The position numbers and the translations under genes were made by a program. A stretch of 64,000 bases of DNA. Origin: an uncultured Gammaproteobacteria bacterium (GTDB taxonomy: Bacteria; Patescibacteriota; Microgenomatia; UBA10105; UBA927). Shown in pieces: positions 17,962 through 27,976 of this stretch. The notes below the pieces were generated by a model. The model did not search any database, had not been told where the DNA came from, and saw only the letters and a list, made by a program, of their open reading frames with translations. How positions within the stretch are numbered: the first letter of the stretch is position 1; each line of letters starts with the position of its first letter. The DNA lies in contig CAYHHA010000002.1 of assembly GCA_964356315.1 (NCBI GenBank), positions 3,824-67,823 on the forward strand. Reading direction: 5' to 3'.

Positions 17962-19371
17962 GTGGGAAGAAAAAACATACAGACTGCAATACATTCGCAG
18001 ATAGCTACTTTTCTAAAGCGTGCAATAATGGTGATTCTGGTTTTTCCATTTTTGCTACTTATCTTCTTTTCAATTGGTGCAGAAATACGGGAACGACTAG
18101 GCTTTAATACAGAGGGTATACAGATTGTGGGAACGGGATCTATGTATCCCACTTTTCCCAAAGGACATGGCAAAACTCCAAGGGAACTGGCAGATGAAGT
18201 GGTTGCTGCACCCGGAATGTTGCCATATCCTAACGGATTCGTTTTACTGGGGAAGCGATATTTTGGACATACTATCGGAAGGGGAGATATCGTCGTTCTT
18301 ATAAACGATCGAACGAGATCTGTATCAAAGGAATTATATGGCACGGCGTCCGGATGGGTAAAACGGGTTGTTGCCCTCGAGGGAGATACGCTGGAGCTTC
18401 GAAGCGGTATTGTGTACATAAATGGACATCCAACCCACGAGCCATATACTGCAAAAGCTCGGTCAACATTTGGAGAAGAATTTCTGAAAGACTGCAGCGT
18501 GGTGACCGTACCTGATGCTCAGGTGTTTGTGATGGGGGATAACAGGAAAGGGAGTGGAGATTCACGGGAGATTGGATTTATCCCACTCTCTGACATAAAC
18601 CATGTGTTGCCGCTTGAGAGTCAGAAGGGAACACTTGATCAGCATTGGCGCGATACTGCAGGTGACTTTGACGAATCGGCAAAAATCAAACTGGATAAGA
18701 CCGCCTACCTCTCACTACTAAATGAGAAGCGCAAAGAAGCGAAGGTGAAGCCACTTACGTATCAGCCCAAGCTGGAAGTGTCAGCCAGAAAGCGGGGAGA
18801 GATAATACTCAAACACGATGATTTTTCATTCGAGGCAACCCGCAGCGGCTATACCATGGCGCGCGCTATGAGTGATGCCAATTATTACAACATAGTCTAT
18901 GGCGAAGCACCTCGTCTTGGCTATTATGAATCTGAAGAGATGCTGGAAAATCAATTTGAATTCCCTGACACAAAAAAATTTCTTTTGCACGCTGACTATC
19001 AGGAGATTGGAATATCTGAGGTCGAAGGATATATCAACGGATGCCCTGCACAGATCATTGTTCAGCATTTTGCTGGATATGTTCCACCAAATTACAGTAA
19101 TTCAGTAAAAGATAGTTGGCGAAGCGCTGTCATTAATTTTAATTCGATAATTCCCAGTTGGGAAAATGCTCGTGGCCAACAATATCTGAACCAACAAGAA
19201 TTGAACGCATTGTTAACCATTTTATATAGACAGCGAGCAATTGCCAGCATAATCTCATCAAAAATGGATGAGAATATATGGCTTTCAAAAACCGAGGAAG
19301 CTTCTATAGCTGAATTTGAACGACTTTCCAAAGAATCGAGCAGATTAGCAAATGCATTAAACAATAAGTAA
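17962..19371 (+). CDS. lepB: signal peptidase I (S26) fused to a C-terminal CAP/SCP (YkwD-like) domain
   Basis: N-terminal TM. Catalytic-Ser box GTGSMYPTF, Lys box KRVVALEGDT, GDNRKGSGDSR. Residues ~220-469 begin VKPLTYQPKLEVSARKRGE... (CAP/YkwD-type start). GTG start at 17962; ATG 18028 is the alternative. Confidence 0.75.
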   Translation: MGRKNIQTAIHSQIATFLKRAIMVILVFPFLLLIFFSIGAEIRERLGFNTEGIQIVGTGSMYPTFPKGHGKTPRELADEVVAAPGMLPYPNGFVLLGKRYFGHTIGRGDIVVLINDRTRSVSKELYGTASGWVKRVVALEGDTLELRSGIVYINGHPTHEPYTAKARSTFGEEFLKDCSVVTVPDAQVFVMGDNRKGSGDSREIGFIPLSDINHVLPLESQKGTLDQHWRDTAGDFDESAKIKLDKTAYLSLLNEKRKEAKVKPLTYQPKLEVSARKRGEIILKHDDFSFEATRSGYTMARAMSDANYYNIVYGEAPRLGYYESEEMLENQFEFPDTKKFLLHADYQEIGISEVEGYINGCPAQIIVQHFAGYVPPNYSNSVKDSWRSAVINFNSIIPSWENARGQQYLNQQELNALLTILYRQRAIASIISSKMDENIWLSKTEEASIAEFERLSKESSRLANALNNK

Positions 19372-19414
19372 CTTCTCCTAGAGTAGTCCTATACATATTT
19401 GCTATACTAACTTC

Positions 19415-19960
19415 ATGGAGTTAGCAATTCGTTATCTTCGGGCTACTGATACAGCGCAAGCTTCCATTATAGATGCGACGTGGTTTGGGGATCATGGAAT
19501 CTCTAAATCAGCATTGGATGAATTCATCTCACGTTATCCTGATCATGCTATTGCAGTAGTTAATGAGGATGTCGTATACGGATTTGCCACGTTCGAAGTG
19601 GTTGAGTCAGGATCATTACCATCCTCGTACATCTCCCAAGGAATGCCGGTTGTGGGTAGAGTATTATTTATCCAACAATTTACAACAACTCAAAACTATA
19701 GCGGCGACATGAGCATAGATATCATGTTACTGGAAGCTATAGAGGTAATGGCAAGAAAAATCAATTGTTCCGTTATTGCTGAGGCGCTGGACAGCAATCA
19801 TGCATACAAAAAAGAAAATAACCCTGATCATGATGCATTCGGATTTTACGAATCAAGAGGCTATGAAAAGGATCTAGTTCATACGTGGGAGTGGGCAAGT
19901 GAGGGATTTCCACCAATTCGATGCACACTGTTTTATAAGAATATTGAAACACGCATTTAG
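19415..19960 (+). CDS. GNAT-family N-acetyltransferase (putative)
   Basis: C-terminal FGFYESRGYEKD resembles GNAT motif B. Size and position of motifs fit. Confidence 0.45.
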   Translation: MELAIRYLRATDTAQASIIDATWFGDHGISKSALDEFISRYPDHAIAVVNEDVVYGFATFEVVESGSLPSSYISQGMPVVGRVLFIQQFTTTQNYSGDMSIDIMLLEAIEVMARKINCSVIAEALDSNHAYKKENNPDHDAFGFYESRGYEKDLVHTWEWASEGFPPIRCTLFYKNIETRI

Positions 19961-20006
19961 ATTTTTTTGTTGCAATCCTAAGATTTGTAATCTACAATAC
20001 AAATAT

Positions 20007-20363
20007 ATGTTAAACCTTAATTCAATGATGATCGGGACATCTAAATCCCAAGAGTTAGCCGCCTTTTATGAAAAAGTGTTCGGCCGAAAAGCGGATATGG
20101 TAGAAGGTAATTGGTACGGGTGGAAAATTGGAAATGCATTTTTTTCCATCGGTGAGCATTCTGAGGTACACGGAAATTCAAAAGACGCAAATCGTATTAT
20201 AGTTAACTTCGAAACAAAAGAGATAAAGGATGAATTTGATAGAATAAAGGCCTTAGGTGCCGTAGTCGTGAAGGATCCATACGAGATGGGCGGTGGTATG
20301 ATGATCGCAACATTTGCTGATCCAGATGGTAATTATTTTCAACTTATGACGCCTTGGGAATAA
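20007..20363 (+). CDS. VOC/glyoxalase-family protein
   Basis: Single VOC module of about 118 aa. Start set at MLNLNSMMIG; the longer ORF from 19899 would overlap the upstream gene by 60 nt. Confidence 0.55.
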   Translation: MLNLNSMMIGTSKSQELAAFYEKVFGRKADMVEGNWYGWKIGNAFFSIGEHSEVHGNSKDANRIIVNFETKEIKDEFDRIKALGAVVVKDPYEMGGGMMIATFADPDGNYFQLMTPWE

Positions 20364-20384
20364 TAAGAGTATAGTATATATACT

Positions 20385-20945
20385 ATGAAGGGACAAGGAG
20401 CATTAGTCATTGTTCTTGCGATAGCAGCATTGGGTGCGTCATTTGCTGCGGGGTATTTTTATCTGAAGTCACAACAAAAAACCTCGATGAAATCATCCGA
20501 ATCGATTGTTGACGTGATAGATACGCCCACTGATAAAGAAGACACTGCGACAGTTACTCCAGTGCAAAAACAATCTGAGAGTGCTATTCCAGCAGCAAAG
20601 AGAGCTCCTCACAGTGCGGTCGTTGTGTTTGAGCCGCCACTTGGCGGAGAATTTAGTGATAAAACTGACATTCAATTGAAAATTGTTAATCCGTTGCTAG
20701 ACTATTATGCGGATGAATACGGAGAAGGGTATCTAGTCAGTCTTGCAATTTCTCAAAATACTCAGGTAAGTAAGGCACAGTATCCCTACTTAGCAACGGC
20801 GATCTTCAAAAACGGGGGGAACTCTGGGTTTGTTATCGGGAAAACAAATGGAGCAATTCAATTTTGGGTACCGGATTGCATGAAATGTACATTTTCGGCA
20901 TCGTTTAAAGCCTCTTATCCAGATATTGTGAAAAATTTCGAGTAG
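20385..20945 (+). CDS. hypothetical membrane-anchored/secreted protein
   Basis: N-terminal hydrophobic segment ALVIVLAIAALGASFAAGYFYL. No conserved motif. Confidence 0.4.
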   Translation: MKGQGALVIVLAIAALGASFAAGYFYLKSQQKTSMKSSESIVDVIDTPTDKEDTATVTPVQKQSESAIPAAKRAPHSAVVVFEPPLGGEFSDKTDIQLKIVNPLLDYYADEYGEGYLVSLAISQNTQVSKAQYPYLATAIFKNGGNSGFVIGKTNGAIQFWVPDCMKCTFSASFKASYPDIVKNFE

Positions 20946-20975
20946 CCACAAGGGGACAAATAATCCTATAGTCTA

Positions 20976-21005
20976 TTGACATGCAAATATGTATTGTGGT
21001 ATACT
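20976..21005 (+). promoter_or_regulatory. sigma-70-type promoter with extended -10
   Basis: TTGACA (20976-20981), 18-nt spacer, TGgTATACT (20997-21005). Lies about 170 nt upstream of the DEAD-box helicase ATG. Confidence 0.5.
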
Positions 21006-21177
21006 CTCATTTAGATAGCAGATTGACCTAGTACATCTGCTTAGGGATTTAAAAAGTTCATTGAATTTGTTAAAGATAAAGGTACCCCAAGTTTTACAAT
21101 ATTATTGTATCTTTTCTTCTAATTCACTCGTTCATATTTCACTTAGGCAGGCGTATTGGGTTAATTTATAATTTTAT

Positions 21178-22362
21178 ATGTTTCAACAATCTCGAAGACC
21201 ACAGTCAAATAATAGACCCAGAGGAAATAGTTTCCGAGGAGGAGGGGTGAGTCATCGTATTCCAAAAACCATCGATCCACGGTTATTTGTGAAAAAAGCA
21301 ACTATTCAAAATGAAGTGGTGTACGTGCCTCAGCATCAATTCTCTGATTTCGCATTTTCTGAAGGATTAAAAAAAGCAATTAGCGCAAGGGGATATGTAA
21401 CTCCAACACCAATTCAAGATCGTGCAATTCCAGCGCTTCTTGAGGGAAGAGACGTCGTTGGATTAGCCTCAACGGGAACAGGAAAAACAGCTGCGTTCTT
21501 GCTTCCAATTATTCATCATCTATTATCTGATCCGACCAATAGAGCTCTCATAATCGCTCCCACACGAGAATTAGCAGTGCAAATTCAAGATGAATTTTAT
21601 GAATTCGCTCAGGGAATGCGATTACTCGCTACACTTTGTATAGGTGGTATGAATATGTTTCATCAGATTCAGCAAATTCGAAGAATTCCACATGTAATTA
21701 TCGGAACTCCAGGGAGACTGAAAGACTTAGATCAGCAACGGGTCTTAAATTTTGCTGGGTTTAAGACTATTGTGTTGGATGAAGTAGACCGAATGCTTGA
21801 TATGGGATTTATAAATGATGTCACATATATTACATCAAAATTGCCGAAAGTACGCCAATCATTGTTTTTCTCAGCAACGATGCCAGACGCAGCGCGAGGA
21901 ATCATGCAACAGTTTTTGACGGATCCTGAGATTATTTCTATTGCAAAAAGTTCTCCTTCTGCAAATGTTGAACAGGATATTATAAAACTTAATGGTCGAT
22001 CAAAAATTGATGTCCTTGATGAACTGCTTCGCACGGAAGGATTTGATAAAGTTTTAGTGTTTGGTAGGACAAAATATGGCATGGATAAGCTTCAACGAGC
22101 GCTTCAAGTAAAGGGTGTATCCGTTGCTGCTATTCATGGAAATAAACGTCAGACTCAGCGTCAACGCGCGATAGATGATTTTAAGCAGAACCGAATACAA
22201 GTATTGCTAGCTACTGATATTGCATCTCGAGGTTTGGATATTGATCAGGTTACTCATGTAATAAACTTTGATCAACCCGAATCTTATGAAGACTATATTC
22301 ACCGTATTGGAAGAACTGGTCGAGCGAATAACACTGGATTTGCTCTTACCTTTGTAGACTAA
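21178..22362 (+). CDS. DEAD-box ATP-dependent RNA helicase
   Basis: Q/Ia region TPTPIQDRAIP, motif I ASTGTGKTAAF, motif II DEVDRML, SAT, motif VI HRIGRTGR. Confidence 0.9.
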   Translation: MFQQSRRPQSNNRPRGNSFRGGGVSHRIPKTIDPRLFVKKATIQNEVVYVPQHQFSDFAFSEGLKKAISARGYVTPTPIQDRAIPALLEGRDVVGLASTGTGKTAAFLLPIIHHLLSDPTNRALIIAPTRELAVQIQDEFYEFAQGMRLLATLCIGGMNMFHQIQQIRRIPHVIIGTPGRLKDLDQQRVLNFAGFKTIVLDEVDRMLDMGFINDVTYITSKLPKVRQSLFFSATMPDAARGIMQQFLTDPEIISIAKSSPSANVEQDIIKLNGRSKIDVLDELLRTEGFDKVLVFGRTKYGMDKLQRALQVKGVSVAAIHGNKRQTQRQRAIDDFKQNRIQVLLATDIASRGLDIDQVTHVINFDQPESYEDYIHRIGRTGRANNTGFALTFVD

Positions 22363-22383
22363 TCTGCATACTTCTTAAGCCTT

Positions 22384-23193
22384 CTACTCTTCTTTTTGAG
22401 AATCACGTGAGAATTTCTTCCGATGTATTCTTTTGGATTTATTGTGCAAAGCTATCATAGCTATTAGCGCCCATGAAGTACTGACCACAAGAATTTGTAT
22501 TGTAAATATTTTTGACACCGACACCGTGATAGTTCCTAAAGGAGTCGGTGTTGGAGTAGGAATTTTTGTCACATATACTATTTCTATAATTGGTGTTGGA
22601 GAATCTTCAGGCGTTATCAAAATAGGTTCTATCGTGGGAATCGGAGTCACAGAAGTAGATGGTGTAGGTGTATTGGAAACAATCGGAGAGGGCGTTGGGC
22701 TTGGTTCTGGACAACTATTATTGGTATTCGGAGTTCCTGATGTGCATATCACCCAAACACCTGTGCCGTCAGCTGATCTGCCGATTGCTGTATTATATCC
22801 TAGTATTCCCAGAAAAGATTGTGAATCGACTTCATTATTGCTTGGGTCTATAAGTCGAATCGTATCACCCTCATTTCTCAGAGAAATCCCTGTTTGCGAT
22901 TTAAAAAAAACTAGAAAACCTTTTGGCTGTATGATAGAGCTAGCATTTATTACAAAAGATTTTTTTTCACCTTCTGAATTTTCTAATTTCCATAAATTTA
23001 AAGACACGCTTTCTGAGCTTGTATTGAATAATTCAATCCATTCAGATTGTTCATCTGAGGGTTTTGGATATATCTCATTAATCACTACTGCTGCTTGAAC
23101 ATGCCGGTGAATAAAAGGAAGATGTGGTGAAGCAAAAAAACAAAGAAGAATGAGTACATGAAAATATATTTTATGCAGATAGATTTTTTTCAT
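22384..23193 (-). CDS. lamin-tail-domain (LTD) surface protein with Pro/Thr-rich linker and C-terminal TM anchor
   Basis: Signal peptide. LTD core VVINEIYPKPSDEQSEWIELFN. PTPSP/TPTPTP linker. C-terminal hydrophobic segment plus basic tail HNKSKRIHRKKFSR. Confidence 0.7.
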   Translation of the reverse strand: MKKIYLHKIYFHVLILLCFFASPHLPFIHRHVQAAVVINEIYPKPSDEQSEWIELFNTSSESVSLNLWKLENSEGEKKSFVINASSIIQPKGFLVFFKSQTGISLRNEGDTIRLIDPSNNEVDSQSFLGILGYNTAIGRSADGTGVWVICTSGTPNTNNSCPEPSPTPSPIVSNTPTPSTSVTPIPTIEPILITPEDSPTPIIEIVYVTKIPTPTPTPLGTITVSVSKIFTIQILVVSTSWALIAMIALHNKSKRIHRKKFSRDSQKEE

Positions 23194-23249
23194 GTCTCGT
23201 TATTATATGATGATTTCATATAAAATACGAATGATGTACTATTGATAGT

Positions 23250-23720
23250 ATGAAGAAAAAATATCTACTGCTCATATTTTCCCTCACAATATGCTATATA
23301 GCAGCATTTATAGGTTCTGTGTTTACTACACCGTCGATATTTACGTGGTATGCTAGCTTGCAAAAGCCCTTTTTTAACCCTCCAAATTGGATATTTGGTC
23401 CAGTTTGGTCGATCTTATACACAGCAATGGGTTATGCTCTTTATTTAGTGCTCATAAAAACTACCAAAAAGGATAAGCAGTATGCAATTAAATCTTTTGC
23501 GCTGCAGTTGATTCTAAATACGCTTTGGTCAATAGTTTTTTTCGGGTTACATTTTCCTGGAATCGCTTTGATAGTTATCATATTATTGTGGGGTGCTATT
23601 TTCCTTACAATTCGACAATTTTATCCTCTATCAAAAATAGCTTCTTACCTTCTGATACCTTATCTTTTCTGGGTAAGTTTTGCCATTTTATTAAACCTCG
23701 GCATCCTGATGTTAAATTGA
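23250..23720 (+). CDS. tspO: TspO/MBR (tryptophan-rich sensory protein) family
   Basis: WYASLQKPFFNPPNWIFGPVWSILYTAMGYALYLV. Five TM segments, about 155 aa. Confidence 0.8.
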   Translation: MKKKYLLLIFSLTICYIAAFIGSVFTTPSIFTWYASLQKPFFNPPNWIFGPVWSILYTAMGYALYLVLIKTTKKDKQYAIKSFALQLILNTLWSIVFFGLHFPGIALIVIILLWGAIFLTIRQFYPLSKIASYLLIPYLFWVSFAILLNLGILMLN

Positions 23721-23770
23721 TCAATGAGGTCGTTCTTTACATGTGATGTATCTGATAGTACACTAGGAAT

Positions 23771-24445
23771 ATGGACGATATAGCACAACACCCAAGTGGC
23801 CCCGAGCCTTCCGTAGGTGATACCTCAGCAACTGTTAGGTTAGTTCCTGTGACGGAGACCTATGTTGTTCCTGTGCCTTGGTATAAGCGGATGTTTGGCC
23901 CAGTGACTCGTACAGAAACTGTATGGAAACTAACGTTTTTATCCATTATGATTGTCGGAGTGATAGTGGGTCAATCAATGCTTCAAACTCCAACAAATAC
24001 TGTAACTCAGGCGGCTGTAGGTGCTGTAAGAGTATCATTATTTCCTCAGACAACTGAGATTCCTCCTGACAGACCGTTTCAACTATGGATGACTGCTGAT
24101 AAACCTATAAAAAAAGCAAAAATAGTATTATCGTTTGACCCTGCAGTATTGCAATTAAGTCGCGATATAACATTGATAGAGAAAATAGGTTATATCCTCT
24201 CAGTTTCGCAAATGGCCCAAGCAAATGCTACAGGTATGATCGAGATTTCTATTCTTCCCAAACCTGGAGCGTTGACCCTTTCTCCGGGAACAATTCAAAT
24301 TGGCTCCTTATTTCTCACAGCAAAACCTAAGAATATTGTAGCTTCTACAACGATCTCAATCGATGAAGTGAGCACGGTCATAGAGAATCAAGATTCTGTA
24401 CCGTTCTCTCTATCAACCACGAATGTCGTCGTCGCTCTAAAATAG
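23771..24445 (+). CDS. hypothetical single-pass membrane protein with extracytoplasmic beta-rich (cohesin-like?) domain
   Basis: TM LTFLSIMIVGVIVGQ. The downstream domain has no firm signature. Confidence 0.4.
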   Translation: MDDIAQHPSGPEPSVGDTSATVRLVPVTETYVVPVPWYKRMFGPVTRTETVWKLTFLSIMIVGVIVGQSMLQTPTNTVTQAAVGAVRVSLFPQTTEIPPDRPFQLWMTADKPIKKAKIVLSFDPAVLQLSRDITLIEKIGYILSVSQMAQANATGMIEISILPKPGALTLSPGTIQIGSLFLTAKPKNIVASTTISIDEVSTVIENQDSVPFSLSTTNVVVALK

Positions 24446-24556
24446 TCAGAACGTTGGGAAAAGCCTTTTCCATTTATAGGTTTAATATATTCTTTTAAAT
24501 AACTCCTTGTAGAGAATAAATTTCGCTTCAGATATACTTATAATTCTTTCAACGAG

Positions 24557-25165
24557 TTGTCTGTTGTATTCATTTCTATGGCTTTAGATACGAAATATTG
24601 CTCTGAAGAAGTTACGTATCCATTAGTTGCTCATGCGGCGATAATTTCTGTGTCTAGGCCTGATTCCTCTGTTATTCTTTTCCCGAATCGAAAAGTTCAT
24701 AGCTTAGTCGAAGATATATCGCGCGACATTAAGGAGCTCGAGAACATGCTTTCTAAAGACGGAGAGTCATATTCTGTTTTGGATTCTTGTGTCGTATTAC
24801 CACTTCATTTTTCACGTCTCGTTGCATTAAAAAAAGAATATTGGGCGAACCCAAATGAAGCGTTTTCTGATTCTAATCGTTCAAACCCATTTTTAAAAGC
24901 AACATACGCTCCAACGATATTTAACATGCTCGTGACTCCTATAAAAGAGGGGGATGTCTGGAGGTACCTAGCGGCGCTTCCTATCTCTGTTGGTTCTTCC
25001 GATGTTGTAATCGAGCAGTTCATGCTTCATAGCGATTGGCCTGTAGCTGAAACTGCAAAACATTGTGCTCTCTATTCCATTGATCAGCCATTTCTCTATA
25101 ATTGGGTACGTCGAGAGCACACACCGCTTCTTAAAATGAATGGCGTATTAGGAAAAATCCACTAG
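24557..25165 (+). CDS. hypothetical protein
   Basis: ORF only. Confidence 0.3.
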   Translation: MSVVFISMALDTKYCSEEVTYPLVAHAAIISVSRPDSSVILFPNRKVHSLVEDISRDIKELENMLSKDGESYSVLDSCVVLPLHFSRLVALKKEYWANPNEAFSDSNRSNPFLKATYAPTIFNMLVTPIKEGDVWRYLAALPISVGSSDVVIEQFMLHSDWPVAETAKHCALYSIDQPFLYNWVRREHTPLLKMNGVLGKIH

Positions 25166-25217
25166 GTTCATGTACACTAGAGACGGCTACTAATGAGGCT
25201 TTAGGTATCGATAAGTT

Positions 25218-26111
25218 ATGGAGAATAAAAAAAAGGGAATCTTATACCTTCTGATAGCTGTGCTTTTATATAGCATCATGCCTGTACTTATCAGATTTCT
25301 TGGAAAAGGAAATATCCCACCAATGTCTCAAGTATTTTTGCGTTATTGTGTGGCTTTTTTATGTTCGATTATTTACATAATGAGCACTCGATCAACGCTA
25401 TATGTTAGTAAAAAAGATTATGCCTTGTTATTTTTTGTTGCCTTGTTTGGATATGCACTGGTAAATTTATTTTATACATACGCCAATTTAAACACGCAAA
25501 TAGGAACCGTATTATTTATCTTTAACTGCTCTACAGTCATCGGACCGTTTCTCGGATATGTTTTTTTGAAAGAGCGATTAACAAAATCAACGATTTTTGC
25601 AATGATTATTGGATTTATATCCTTATTTTTTTTGTTTTCCCCTGGTTCTATGGCAACCTGGAAAATGGGTGCTATATATGCGTTGCTTGCCGCAATTGGG
25701 TCATCGGTGTATATGATTGGCAGGAAAAAACTTGGTGCCTATGATTCAATCATTCTTCTCTTTGCCAATACCCTAGTTGGAGTGGTAACTCTCGGAATAT
25801 TAGCACTCTTGTTTGAATCATCATTTTATTTTGGGAGAGGAATTTTTAATGTTGCTCCGGTAACCTGGTTGGTTACGATACTATTTGGCATAGATAATTT
25901 TGCTGCATATTTGTTTATGACCAAAGGATTTCAGATTGTATCAGCTGGAACGGGAAGTATGGTTCTACTACTTGAGAATTTTACTGGACTTCTTTTTGCT
26001 TATATATTTTTTCAAGAAATACCAGCTTACTCATCATTATTTGGGGGAGCAATAATTCTATTTGCCTCGTATTTAGTTATTCGTTCTCAGTTGTTCTTAA
26101 AGAATAGGTAA
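25218..26111 (+). CDS. DMT-superfamily (EamA-like) transporter
   Basis: About 10 TM helices in two EamA-like halves. 297 aa. Confidence 0.65.
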   Translation: MENKKKGILYLLIAVLLYSIMPVLIRFLGKGNIPPMSQVFLRYCVAFLCSIIYIMSTRSTLYVSKKDYALLFFVALFGYALVNLFYTYANLNTQIGTVLFIFNCSTVIGPFLGYVFLKERLTKSTIFAMIIGFISLFFLFSPGSMATWKMGAIYALLAAIGSSVYMIGRKKLGAYDSIILLFANTLVGVVTLGILALLFESSFYFGRGIFNVAPVTWLVTILFGIDNFAAYLFMTKGFQIVSAGTGSMVLLLENFTGLLFAYIFFQEIPAYSSLFGGAIILFASYLVIRSQLFLKNR

Positions 26112-26114
26112 TAC

Positions 26115-27926
26115 TTATCCTATCAAATCAAAAGATTGAAGCTTCTCTTTTGTATTTGCACTTGTTGTTTTTAGTAGTTGATGCTGTAGACCTACAAGCT
26201 GAGCATATAATCCCTTTTTATCTTTAAGAAGTTCTGTATGCGTTCCATATTGTCCCACAGATCCGCCAGAAATAACCAACAGATGGTCTGCTGATGCAAT
26301 TGTCGAGAGTCTGTGTGCGATAATTATTGCCGTTCGTCCTTTAAGCAATTCATTAAGTCCTTTTTGTACCTCTACTTCACTTTTGGAATCCAAAGAGCTT
26401 GTTGCCTCATCTAATATGATAATCGGAGCATTTTTTATCATCGCTCTTGCGATGGCTATGCGTTGTTTTTGTCCTCCAGAGAGTTTCACGCCTCGCTCTC
26501 CAATCATGCTGTTGTACCCGTCTGAGAGCATTTGAATAAACTCATGAGCATTAGCTGCGCGTGCCGCTTGAACTATCTCTTCATCAGTTGCTCCAGGTTT
26601 ACCATATCGGATATTTTCCATAATGGTTCCAGAAAACAAGAGGGACTCTTGAAATACAACAGCTATATGTTCGTGAAGAGAGCGTTGAGTGATGGAGTTA
26701 ACTGGTGTTGATCCAATTAAAATAGTTCCTTTTTGCGGTTCGTAATATCGAAGTAATAAATTTACTATAGTTGATTTCCCTTGACCAGACTCTCCTACAA
26801 GTGCAAATTTTTCACCTCGTAATATAGAAAATGAGATATTTGACAATACTTTCTTCCCTTCATCATATTCAAACGAAACCGAATTAAATGTGATAAATGG
26901 CTTGTTAGGCCTAATTTCACTTGTATTTAGTGAAATAGCGTTATGCAGATCTTTAATTTTATTCGTTGTTTCCAGGACCTTAAAATAATCGGCGGATCCC
27001 GCGCTTGCTTGTTGTATTTGTCCTAGAATGAATGACATAGCAAATAAGGGAAAACGTGCTTGTTGCACAAGTTGCAATAAAAATGTCATTTCACCAAGAG
27101 TGTATTTCCCATGGAATGTGAAATAGACTATATAGCTAAAAATACCAAATAGTATTATATTTAGCGCAAATCGCCTGGCGAAATCGTATGCATGCCATTG
27201 TTTAGTTTGTTTTTTCGCAAGACTCTCCACTTTTTTTCGTGAAGTCACGAACGCAAGGAGTTCAGCTGTTTCCGCAGCGAAAGACTTGACCACTCGTATT
27301 CCAGTCATGCTTTCAAATACTCTTCCCTGACTAGTATCTATTATGGTGTTTTTTTCATTTTCTATTCCCATCCATGCCTTGCTGGAATTGTGTGATATTA
27401 CGATGTAGAGTGGGAATAATGCGGCGAGAAGTAGCGCAATAATTGGGGAGTAAAAAGATAGCAATACAATAGTAACAACCGCAGTCAAAAAAAATGGCAA
27501 AAAATTATTTAGCATGCTTTGAATAAAATCTGTGATTGAAGCAATGCCACGATACATTTTATTTGCTATTTTTCCAGTGATTTCATTGTCAAAATAGCCA
27601 ATATGAAGAGAGAGTATATGTTCAAAAAACTTTCTAGAAAGAAATGTTTGTAGCTTCACGGCAAGGAGATCTCCGATCCATTGTCCAAACGCAGTTAGAG
27701 CAGTAATTGTAATATCTGTTGTGATAATTACCGCGAGTATAACGAGGACATAGTTTGTATCTATGGATTTTCCTGCGAGTTTTGCGACAATTGCATCAAC
27801 GATGAGTTTAGTTAAAAAAGGAGTGACCAGTGAAAATAATGAGACGAGTATAACAAAAACACCCATGAATATATACCATTTCGAGTATTGTTTGGTAAAG
27901 CGAATTATGCGAAAGATTGGTTGCAT
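26115..27926 (-). CDS. ABC transporter, fused permease/ATPase (type I exporter, MsbA-like)
   Basis: Six-TM N-terminal domain. Walker A GESGQGKST, signature LSGGQKQRIAIARA, Walker B ILDEATSSLD. Confidence 0.9.
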   Translation of the reverse strand: MQPIFRIIRFTKQYSKWYIFMGVFVILVSLFSLVTPFLTKLIVDAIVAKLAGKSIDTNYVLVILAVIITTDITITALTAFGQWIGDLLAVKLQTFLSRKFFEHILSLHIGYFDNEITGKIANKMYRGIASITDFIQSMLNNFLPFFLTAVVTIVLLSFYSPIIALLLAALFPLYIVISHNSSKAWMGIENEKNTIIDTSQGRVFESMTGIRVVKSFAAETAELLAFVTSRKKVESLAKKQTKQWHAYDFARRFALNIILFGIFSYIVYFTFHGKYTLGEMTFLLQLVQQARFPLFAMSFILGQIQQASAGSADYFKVLETTNKIKDLHNAISLNTSEIRPNKPFITFNSVSFEYDEGKKVLSNISFSILRGEKFALVGESGQGKSTIVNLLLRYYEPQKGTILIGSTPVNSITQRSLHEHIAVVFQESLLFSGTIMENIRYGKPGATDEEIVQAARAANAHEFIQMLSDGYNSMIGERGVKLSGGQKQRIAIARAMIKNAPIIILDEATSSLDSKSEVEVQKGLNELLKGRTAIIIAHRLSTIASADHLLVISGGSVGQYGTHTELLKDKKGLYAQLVGLQHQLLKTTSANTKEKLQSFDLIG

Positions 27927-27976
27927 AGGTTTCTATTATGACACGAATGTGAGATAGGATACAAGAAATTGATTCT

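Noticed and set aside
17949-18419. 156-aa minus-strand ORF
   Set aside because: It is antisense to the well-supported signal peptidase gene and has no motifs.
22433-23098. 221-aa plus-strand ORF rich in G/V/I
   Set aside because: It is the antisense reading of the Pro/Thr-rich linker of the LTD protein. This is a low-complexity mirror ORF.
22384-23193. LPxTG or PEP-CTERM sorting signal in the LTD protein
   Set aside because: The sequence before the C-terminal helix (TPTPLGTITVSVSK) has neither an LPxTG nor a PEP motif. Only the generic TM plus basic tail is present.
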